A DNA stretch of 63,947 nucleotides, the filler included, from Choristocarpus tenellus KU-1152 (Eukaryota > Protista > Phaeophyceae): NCBI GenBank assembly GCA_964200185.2. It is 11 parts of 11 records of this genome, joined end to end, with 100 filler letters (N's around TTAATTAATTAA, not from the genome) between each part and the next. Parts side by side here need not be neighbours in the genome. Positions count along the whole stretch, not along the records: positions 53,842 to 60,421 come from CAXNAD020007824.1; positions 60,522 to 63,947 come from CAXNAD020020113.1; 9 more parts are not named here. One strand, given 5' to 3'. This document shows, in pieces, positions 53,875-63,947 of the stretch (position 1 is its first letter; every line of letters begins with the position of its first letter). A model generated the notes under the pieces. It ran no database searches. It saw nothing but the letters and a program-made list of their open reading frames with translations, and had not been told where the DNA came from. The position numbers and the translations under genes were made by a program.

Positions 53875-55557
53875 GGGGGGGGGGGGGGGGGGTGGGGGGG
53901 TTGGGGGTGTGAGGGTAGGGGGTGTTGAAGTATCCCACACTTGACCCGCGGCTTTTATGGTGCTTTAATGAAGGACAAAGAATAGCTTGGTGTAGATAAG
54001 CAAGGTTAATATTACAAGGGGGCTAATGGTCTCAATTCCGCTGACTGAATATGTGGGTAAGACCAGCCTAAAATACCATTATTATTCTACAGTGTGGGGT
54101 TTGTAATCGTCCACACTATTTTATTATGAATCACTTATTTGCTTGTCTTAAGTATAGAAAGTATATCTTGAACATGATATATAAACCAATCAACACTATG
54201 AGTCAGTACATATAATATGTCTGTCAATGGCTCTCCATCCTATTATCTAATCCACCGGTGGTGTTTACGTGTATCAGCAGCACCATCTACGAACAGGGGG
54301 TGCTCCGACCTGTGGAGGGAGGTGGGTGGGGTGTACGTTTTGGCCCGGAATGTTGTGTGATGAAAAAAGTGGATTTGGGCTGCAGTGGCGTTATTCAGAT
54401 GGGTTTAAGTCCGCTAGGAAGGTGTCTTTGGTTGGTGAGGGTGGTGTAGGTGCGATTGAAAAGTGTGGGGATGGGGTAGGGGCATGTGAAAGGATTATTT
54501 GTGTCTTCACAGAGGCTGACCATGCAGTTGGGGCGGAGTGAGCACCCACAAGATAGGGTGCCCTGGTGGTCTGGGGGGAGTGGCTCTAGGCAGCTTGGGC
54601 AGGGAGGGAATGAAGGGGGAGGGTTGGGGGGTGGGGACGTGAGTGTTATATACTATCTCTGTGCCATAAGTTTGTGCGGCAATATTCTGGGCTCGCTGAG
54701 CGAGAACGGCGCCGAATCGGAAGATAACCCCACAGACTGAAATCGGGTTGACAATCTCAGCTTCTAGAAAAAGTGAGGGTCGAGGATCATCAGGTACAAA
54801 CTCGAGGTGCTTCAACCCGTCAAAGTAGGGGTCTTTTGGGATGATTTTGAGGTCAGAACTGGGCATGTCGAGGGTCAGAATGTCGGCATGGCAACTCCCC
54901 CGTCGACCCCCCTCTGTTGGAAGGGTGCTCAAGTGTCCCTGAATACCAGGGTTGCGCTTGCAGTGCGACACGCCCTCGCGATGGTCCTTGGTGAGTATAA
55001 ACTACCGCAACCCGTTGGGCCAGCCCTCGCATCAGAGTTTAGGGTGCTTGAGCGTTACATGCAAGGGGTCTGGGAGGATGTTGCCAATCAGCTTGGCCGT
55101 GGCCACACGCTTGACCTAGGGGTGGTGGCACGTTATGGGTGGCCTTCGGAGCTCACACCGACCAAGGTGGCCGCAATACATGGTATCAACTTCGATAATC
55201 GGCCATCCACAGTGTGTCAGGTGATAATGAAGATGACTCGCCAAGGGGCTGAATTATAGCACGAGCATCATAAAGAGGTGGTTGGATGATATGGGGACCA
55301 TGCCGAATCGCCACTGAATCAAACCCAAGCTTAAATCGTGGCAAAAGGTATGGAGAATGGACTTTGTTTGCGATCAAGTGGACCGGAAACGTGGTGTGTA
55401 CACCTCCATGGTAAATGATTTCAGTGTGAAGCACACAAGGGTAAGGAAGGGGCAGTTGTCTGGTGATCTTGAAAACACGCCAAAGGTAGGCATGGAGGCT
55501 TTTTCTGTGACTGATAAAATAAAAATTGGATGGGGAGTAATAATAATAAAAAGAGCT

Positions 55558-55704
55558 GAGTCAAAGTATCTGGGGAGGGGATGTCGGCGTCCGTTTTTCA
55601 CCCTTTTTTCGATTTTCTCTTTGTTGGTGTGATTTGGTCGCACGTGTCNNNNNNNNNNACGGACGCCCCCTCACAAACCACCCCCCCCCCAGATACTTTG
55701 ACCC
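55558..55704. mobile_element. TIR element family B (both ends, interior lost in a 10-N gap)
   Basis: G(A/G)GTCAAAGTATCTGGG ... CCCAGATACTTTGACCC with inverted subterminal GGCGTCCGT/ACGGACGCC. The same ends occur at ~49-75, 6388-6405, 6506-6527, 60371-60421, 60522-60592 and 63932-63947. Confidence 0.8.
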
Positions 55705-58450
55705 CAGCTGACCCTAACCAGAAATTCGTCAAGAATTCCAAATCTCCTAAGGGGAAAAATCAATGAATGTTATCAATTTTTTTATATTATTTGCCCATAT
55801 CACTTTGTGGTATGAACCACCTGCAGTACCATACTAAAATTTGCAATAGTAGTATCCCTACAACAGTGGTAGTAGTAGTAGTAGAAGTATTACACTATTC
55901 ATATTTGTTGTTATGCTCTGTGACATTTATTCATACTTTCATCTGACTTCAATTAATTCATAAAATAAGCAAATCCCCAGAGTGGGAGGACAAGTGCGGC
56001 AGCACTCGCCTATGGTTAGGCAATTGGGCAGCGTATTCAGGGAGGTGGGCATCCCCTGTACCCTGAAGACGGAAATTCCTTCACCATCAATAGCAATTTC
56101 TGTATGGATTCAATATTCCATGTGAGGGTACTCTCCAATCCTGCTGCTGCCCCTTAATGGGCGTAACAGGAGAGGGGTTTACTACTTTTCAACGTGGCCT
56201 TCACTGAGGTTCAACCGGACTGCTACCTTCAACAATCATCAACCTACAATGTTATTGCTGCTGCTGCTGCTGCAGCTGAGGCCTGAAAGCAAAATCATCA
56301 TCAGGGATCCTTTGACCCTCGCACTTTGAATGCCAATGCGGTGGACAGGTTTGGATTGACCACCTTCATAGTGTCAGTACAGGACCAGTCTCAATTGTTG
56401 TAGTAGTCCTACTACTAGTAACCTTGGTTGCTTTCTTGATTTTACGTAAACTATAACTCTCGTTTGGTGTGTGTGATAGTACACTATCTTGCTGAGTACA
56501 TAATTATTTCTTCGTGTGTACTAATAGCAACATACGGTGTGTACAGTACTTCAAAGCATCTCCTTATGCGAACATCCCTTCACTGTCATGTTGTTATGTT
56601 GGTTTCATTCTGTACCTAGTTTTCTTCTTCAGACTATTGCTTTTATTTTGTTAACTTCACTTCAGTATGTTTATCCTACACGATTAAACTTAAAAAATAT
56701 GAGAGGACAGAGTATCACAATAAATATTCTCGGATTATCAGTAAATGATATGTAACACTTCGTACTTGGTGTTTGTAGTATGTAATATACTAACTACGAA
56801 GTAATATATTTTCAACTTGCATTGGATTTGGCAAACGGGAATGTACTTTTAACAGCGGTAACTTTCGAAAAGCAAACACCTCTAATGGCATACCGCTAGG
56901 GGCATCGTAATTGCTATGACACTTGTTTCATGCATTTCAAAACTCGAGTGTTGTGGGGCATAACAAATGCTCTGCAGCATTAATAGTATAGCTTGAAGTT
57001 GGGTGTAATGATATGTTAGATTGGAAAATATTTTTTTTTGTGTGAGTTCATGTTTTCATTTGAAGTGTTGTGGGTCATAAAACGTGTTACATGTTCTGTT
57101 GTGGACTGAGCTATTCTGGAACCTAACAAGTACACGCATGTATAAACTTCGAGTGTCCCGGGACTATATTTCTTGGTCCTCTCTTTGTTGCTCGATATCT
57201 GGCTGAAGTTGTTTGCTGCCCATTACACTATTGTACACTTGAGGACTGTTCTAGAGCTCTACTTCAATGCAACCTCCCCCCCCCCCCCCATCCCCCAACA
57301 TGGTACTTAGAAGTTAAGGATTCGGCCCATTTTACTTCAAAAACAAGGATCATTGGTTAGTGTCTAGAGCATGTCTTCAATCTTTCTGATATTAGCCTAT
57401 GCTTCCACAGCAACTGTGGTACAGATACCCACAAATACTTGGAACAAAAGCACATATCTTACCTGTAACATGTCTTGCATAAGGACAACTACATGGTCCA
57501 GGTAGAGCAGCATTCATTACTACTCATACAAAAGGCAATCTCTGGTACAAGCTATTTTTCGCACCTGACTTGAGATACCCACATCAACAATACAAAGCTT
57601 TGAGAAGAAGGTTCACATGCTGGACCACCTATAATTATATTCGCAATGAGAATGCATGGCAGCATTCACCACCGCATGTCTGCGTAGATTCCTCTGTATT
57701 CCTCTGTATTCAGAACCTGCTCTTATCCCTTTCCTACCACCACACCATGCCTTCCTCAACATACGACCATGCTCACACTTGACAGTTCAATTTTTGAATT
57801 TTGAGGTTGTAGAGTTGATGACAGTACAGGCGCAACAGAGGAACAAGTATTGATTTAACTGATCTTATCGATCAGCAATCACACATCATCCAAGTCTCTC
57901 TCTATATATATATATCACTACCCTAAATTATCACAGTGGGGTACCTACCATACATCCATTAGATATTCCTGCCATTCCCCCTACTCCTCCACTCTTAAGC
58001 ACAACACAATACCATCCAAGCATGAAAGTAATCTTTTAACAGGGCTTTCTGGGCAATCATGAGGACAGTTACAAGCACATCCATCCGTGCAAAATATGGA
58101 AGCATTAAAAAAAACACAATATACATAAAAAAATGTCAGCCTTACTTCAGAAGGCAATAATCACGGCAATATTGGAGCACTACCAGAACGTGTCCCAATG
58201 TGCTAGGCACAGACACTCATGCTCAACAAGTAGTATTCCTCCCCTGGCTTCAACTCCCCCCTACCTTCTGCACCCACGCTCTCCCTCCAATCCCACCACT
58301 GCCAAAATCACCAACTACATAATAATATTTACCCATTGCAAGCACTCCCTCTAACGGCAGCAATACTTCTACAAAAAAAAATTATTTTGAGGGTAGGACC
58401 AAGGTAGGGCGTCACAGGACCCGAGGCTAAAACGGCTAGCGGTGGAAAAT

Positions 58451-58485
<35 letters not shown>

Positions 58486-58506
58486 GATAGTCAACCCCTT
58501 GTGCTC

Positions 58507-60314
58507 TCAGGAAACAACGGCGCGGCAGCGTTTTTTCTTAGTAACCATGTTGCTCACAGTATCAGTTGCCTTTGTGGCCCACATAGCCAATGCCGAGGTT
58601 GTACCAATCAGTTCTAGTGTGGTGACTACACGCTTTGCATTCTTAGAGACTGCCAGGCCAGTCGCATATCCAGTGGCAACGCCCCCAGCTGCTGCAGCCA
58701 CAGTAATGGCGCCACCCACTCCGACAATGCCACGCAGAGCCTGGCGTGAGACGGCTTCACGCCTGTAGACATGCAGAACACCGGTTTGGCACGTTCAGGA
58801 AAGAATGGGATTGTAACACATGCAAGAGAGAGTCGGGGAAGAGGGCAGCGAGGTAGGAGTGCTTCATTGGGCGTGAGCACATGTTTCTGCTGCTGTGTCA
58901 TCAGTGACAAAAACCACCATAAGGATGGAGAGATTCAGTCGGTTACCATTTCTGAGTTACATGTGTCCATGGGTACATGAAGTCACTGCAAGGGCGTCAG
59001 TAAATCCTACCCAAATTCTCAGGGGCTAGAAGGGCGAGGGCAGTGGGCATGGAGATAGGTGTAAAACCTACACCATTGGAAAATACTGTTTGGCTTTGTA
59101 ATTTGACCAAAAAGACATGGAGCAAACTCATCTCTGGTGCCCAGAACACTGAAGACTTTTCAGTCTAGGCGTATTTTTCCCTTCCTCTTTCTTGCCCATA
59201 TTTAAAAGATATATCATCAGTGCAAAGAGTTCGCCTATGACTGGGATTGGCAACCGGTCCATCCACGTTCATCACTATTCTTCAAGATGATGAATGGGAG
59301 AGGTGTCTCTGATGCTCACCTTCCACACTGCTACAATGGAGCATATCCCAAAGGAGTATATGAAGGTTTAACACTAAACCTCGCCCTTTCAAGCTAAAAA
59401 ACACGCCTTAACACACACACACACACCCACACCCACACCACACAGCTAGACCATACCAACAAGCAAAGGACAGGATACAAGAGGGTATCAATGCTAAGAA
59501 GACACACCTTCCTGTTGAGCACCAGTAGGCAAAGGTTTCGCAGTTGTTGGTCAGGAGGTTGTACCCCCCCCACGATCCGTCCTCTTCTGATCCTTCAAAT
59601 GCTTTCAGGGCACGTGTCCTCACCATTTCTGGAGGGTCTGAAGGCAGGTGGTAGCATGGACTGTGGTGCCATGCAACCTCCCACCGCTGTGATCCAAATC
59701 GTGCGCGGTTGAGGGTGCCAATCTTCCCATTCTTACCCTTTGCTTGCCCACCAATGTTTTGCAGGAGTTGCGACAATGGAAGGAGGGGAAACGGATTACG
59801 TGCCACTGTTACGTTAGAAAGTTGAGGATAGCGAGGATCAGGAGTACAGAATCACTGTTCTGTCAAGCATTACAGCAGTCAAACAGGAGCTGGATGCTGA
59901 TGCCCGTATACTGTTTGGGATTGAGTCCAATTTGGTAACAACAAAGAGCTAGGCATTTTGTTAAGCTCTACGTAGGGGAATACTATGTGGGAGGAAAAGA
60001 TCACAATAGTACACACTGTGTCTTCCCACATCTCGGCAACCTTCAGAACGCAGAGCCTTTAGGACGACCATATTTTTGCCCTGTGGAGCAACTAATTTAA
60101 ATGGTTCATCCCATCCGTGAGGAAGGAAGAACATAGCCTATCACAAATCTCGCCATCACTCTCTTCTCACCCGGAGGAACGTGTCGAGGCTGACCTTGTC
60201 GATTCTATCTGTTCCGGGGTCAAAGTGCACAACATCGACGCGAAAGTCCCACAGACCTTCCGCAACCCTCGTTACTATGCCATGGTGCTGAGCGATGCCT
60301 CGGTAGACGTAAAT
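58507..60314 (-). CDS. LRAT / permuted NlpC-P60 domain protein, 3' part
   Basis: Exons carry IYVYRGIAQHHGIV...VVHF and YNLLTNNCETFAYWCSTG, followed by a hydrophobic Gly/Ala-rich C-terminal tail ending at the stop at 58507. Confidence 0.85.
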
Positions 60315-60521
60315 CTGGAGCAGGTGGATGAGAGCTTGTCAACTGACACAATAAGAGGACATCGTCGAGAGGGTCAAAGTATCTGGGGGGGGGGCGGGTG
60401 GTTTGTGAGGGGGCGTCCGTTNNNNNNNNNNNNNNNNNNNNNNNNNNNNNNNNNNNNNNNNNNNNTTAATTAATTAANNNNNNNNNNNNNNNNNNNNNNN
60501 NNNNNNNNNNNNNNNNNNNNN

Positions 60522-60592
60522 CACCAAAAAAGTGAAAATCGAAAAAAGGGTGAAAAACGGACGCCGACACACCCTCCCAGATACTTTGACCC
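60522..60592. mobile_element. Family B end at contig start
   Basis: Near-identical to the reverse complement of 55558-55628. Confidence 0.85.
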
Positions 60593-60595
60593 TGA

Positions 60596-60857
60596 GAGTG
60601 AAATTATCTTAGAGGGTACGAGTTTTGCCCCGTTTGTCCATTTGGGGCTTGGCTTCCCATGGGTTTTTTTCTTACATATTATTCCTACTCCAAAATGTTT
60701 CGGAGCAGGTAAAATGTATACGTTATGAAAAGGTGAGTCCGGAACAAGGATATTGATACTTCCTAACAAACACGATAGCCAAAATTACATCAAAATCGGA
60801 ACATTGGATTTTGGCCCCCAAATGGACGTGACCCTAGCATCTAAGATACTTTGGCTC
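60596..60857 (+). mobile_element. MITE family A, full copy, TSD TGA
   Basis: Both TIRs with TGA on both flanks; directly abuts a family B end. Confidence 0.92.
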
Positions 60858-61664
60858 TGACTTGTATAAATCCATGGGTTTGGCGTAGTGGAAGCTCCAA
60901 GTCCATACCTCTAAACCGGGTATGGAAGGTCGCAGTAGAGCAGTTGGTTGCAACAGTTGGTGAAACAAGGGTGTTTAGAGGAATAGATTGGGAAAGAAAA
61001 TGAGAAGAGCAAATACATAAATCGATAGAGCATCATATGAGAAGGAGGAAATGGGAGAGGTGTTGGTTCAACTTCAAGGCTACCTGAATTGGAGAAACGG
61101 TGCATCTGTTCAGTAGGAGGGTGGAACGGTGTGAGCATTTTGTACATCATGTCATAGTAAGAACATAATGGAGGCACTTCGTTTCATTTCATGTCCACCT
61201 GGAATTGAAGAGCACATGCAAGACGAGGAAAAAACAGCAGTAATGAGAGAAAAAAAATATGAATTGATACTTCATGACATGTAAAGGCAGGTAAGAATTG
61301 TGCACTATCAGAACAAATACGTTGCGCTCATATAGTGGAAAAAAGCTTCTTCACCATTATCCTACGTAGTATACGACAAAGCACCTGTAACAACATACGC
61401 TATACAGCAAATGACCCTAAGCGTTTGCTGGATAGCATGTTACAGAGGAAATGGGCCACTCAGTGCACCCCCATCCTCTCAGGAAACTCACTTATGGTCA
61501 GCCAAGCGCTGACTCTGCCCTCGTACCTACCTACCATACCAGACAAACAAATCGCACTGAGGATGCAGTGGAACACAGGGTACACTCCCTTTCTTCCTGG
61601 TGCCTGTTCCTGTCAGTGTCCACCTGTCGATTCCCACCATCTCAATGAATCTTGAAATGAGTTT

Positions 61665-61923
61665 GAGTCAAAGTATCTGAGAGGGTAGAGCTGCGTCCAT
61701 TCGGGGATCAAAATTGAATGTTGTGATTTTGATTTAATTTTGGCTATCGTGTTTGTTAAGAAGTGTCGATATCCTTATTCTGGACACACCTTTTAGTATC
61801 ATACACATTTTACCTACTCCGAAACATTTCGGGGTAGGAAAACGTTACAAAAAACCCCGTAGGAAGTCAAGTCGCAAATGGATAAATATGGGAAAACTCG
61901 TACCCTCTGAGATACTTTCACCC
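61665..61923 (-). mobile_element. MITE family A, inverted full copy
   Basis: GAGTCAAAGTATCTGAGAGGGTAG ... TACCCTCTGAGATACTTTCACCC; flanks do not match. Confidence 0.85.
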
Positions 61924-63947
61924 AATTGATTGGTACATGGAAGTGTAATATGTAGTGTGTAAAGAGTATACATGATTCATGTTTGCCACACACACGTATA
62001 GTGCAATTAGATACATAAACAAAAATACCAAAACTCGATCAACAAGGTGTTTGAACTAGAATTGGTTGTTTCTGTTCTCTGTCAGTTCATACCATAGTAA
62101 CAGCATCAATGCAATCTAAGTACCTCATTCATCCAACAAGAAATCCCCACATCTGCTAGCAGCAAGTAGCAATCAAGAACCAACATAACGAGCACAAATC
62201 AAAACAATAATCCCCTTTCCAAACTCTTCTTCAATACTGCAGTACTTCGACAAAGTGTATCATCATGCAAACTGTTGATGTTCTTACCTCTGTGGTTGTA
62301 TATCACACACTGGAGTAGTACTCTGGAGGATTCTACAATGGTTGCAAGAAAAAAACACATTATAGTGCTTGAGTAAAAGAGCAGTAGTGTTCCTTGATCC
62401 ATCCAACAAGTTATCTCACCATAATCACTCTGCTCTTGTTATTCTTGTGGTTGCACATATTTTCCATTCATCAAGCACAAGTATACACTACTTCTGCTGG
62501 TACTGCGAGTAAGTGACGACACAGACCATATCCCGGATAAGAGAGATAACAAACCACACTCGGACACTAAGTTAAGAAAAGGGTATGGCAATGACCACAT
62601 TCCTCTCTCCAAGATACTCGCCAGCAACACAAAAGGGATCAAAACTCGGACGACATCATGCTGAAGGAGCCTCACTTGACTGTGCTTCTCACCTGCAACA
62701 ACCCCCACTACCCAAAGAAATTCCGATTTTCAACCTCAGCAAATCACATGGCCTTGAGGAACTATTCAAAAAATTTAGACCACTAACGCAAGAGAATGGG
62801 CAGGGAGTTCTCCAAAATCAGTCCAATGTACCTAGCCCTAAACTCTGTCATCAGCAAAAAGACAAATATTACATATCAAGAAGTGTCTAAATAATTACAA
62901 AAAATCGGGATACTGATGTGAAAAATCCGCTACAGCAAACAAAAAACATGCAAAAAATACGTCAAACCTTGAAGCTGCTGCCTCAGGGAGCACTACCACA
63001 ATCAAATGACACTATAGCACAAAAAATCTAATTAAAGCTCTTCACTATCACTCCAGCAACAAGAAATAGTTCATCTCATGCGGTTCATTGCAAGGACTAA
63101 GACTAACAAGAACTTCTGAACCAAACGGCTTTAGACTAAGACTAACAAGAGGGATCCAACCACAAAGAAGACTGAATTTGCAGAATTACAGTAAACAATT
63201 ATTTCTAACCAAAATGTCCATTCACTGCCTTTTGATTAACTAATTGGGCTAGAACATCTCTACCCAAGTGAAAGTCACAACAAAAGCATTTCCCTTCTGC
63301 CCACGTGCTATCCTTGGACAAGGTACTCGGACAGAGGAATATTCAAGTCTTTAGCAATAGCATCTGCCAAATCCTGGCTGATGTTGCACCTGAAACATGT
63401 GGAGATGAAGTTGATTATGGTGCAAAAAATATTGCAAAGGTGTGATATTGTATAGCGAAGGATTTCGTAAGCATTACAATGCATTCTGCTACTGTTGCTA
63501 CAATTGTACTCTTGCAAGCGCTCATCCTGAAGCATGCCAATAATATAGTCACGCAGTTCTGGAAATTCCGAGATGTTTGCACTCACTTTTTTTAATGTAA
63601 AAACACATAGTGCTTCAGAGTATGCAACAGTGACAAGGTTTGAGTCATAATTCCTCCCTGAACTCCAGCAGAATTTCATTTTGTGTTTAATCCCTATGTA
63701 CTCTAGATTAACATATATGGTGTACGTGGATAATGTATGCAGCGGAAAGATGTTGGCACGTAAGGTTCTTATCAAAACCCTGGTTGTAGTGGTCGTTACA
63801 TTCAAAGTTACTATTTAAATTGGTACTTTGGTCTTTGGCTCTGCATCATAGAAGCTATAGAGATGACTATTGCCTGCTCTCCAATTGGAGCAACAAATTG
63901 TATGCTTAACAATCCGGATTGTCCCCAACTGGGGTCAAAGTATCTGG

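Noticed and set aside
3675-60521. Recurrent TTAATTAATTAA motif
   Set aside because: Artificial linker between contigs; neighbours across it are not necessarily linked in the genome.
1-63947. Fanzor/TnpB, giant-virus or Polinton genes, rRNA and tRNA
   Set aside because: No RuvC/zinc-finger, capsid, pPolB or structural RNA signatures recognised by eye; a profile search would be needed to exclude decayed copies.

Overview
Eukaryotic nuclear DNA, not prokaryotic. The window is 11 contigs concatenated with an artificial 100-nt N-TTAATTAATTAA-N linker. The organism is a photosynthetic ochrophyte (heterokont alga): it has an LHC protein with a bipartite signal+F-transit peptide, intron-rich genes and TTAGGG tracts. 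A basal brown alga or relative is a guess. Hand-spliced genes: TRAPPC4, an LHC/FCP protein, ZSWIM7/SWS1, RFC5 (partial), a DUF2439 (ZGRF1/Mte1-like) protein, an LRAT-domain protein, and fragments of PPR, kinesin, adenylate kinase and GAR/RGG proteins. The most notable item is an 8-exon gene at 18599-23793 (+). It appears to encode a complete REC114/PHS1-like meiotic double-strand-break factor (N-terminal PH-like domain plus the C-terminal helical motif) fused through a long disordered linker to an intact-looking GCN5-type bromodomain. The rest is dense with DNA transposons: a ~260-bp MITE family with 3-bp TSDs, a sister family sharing its termini at many contig breaks, a deleted mariner with TA TSD, and a hAT-like element with an 8-bp TSD. 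All homology calls are by eye from remembered family motifs; no searches were run.
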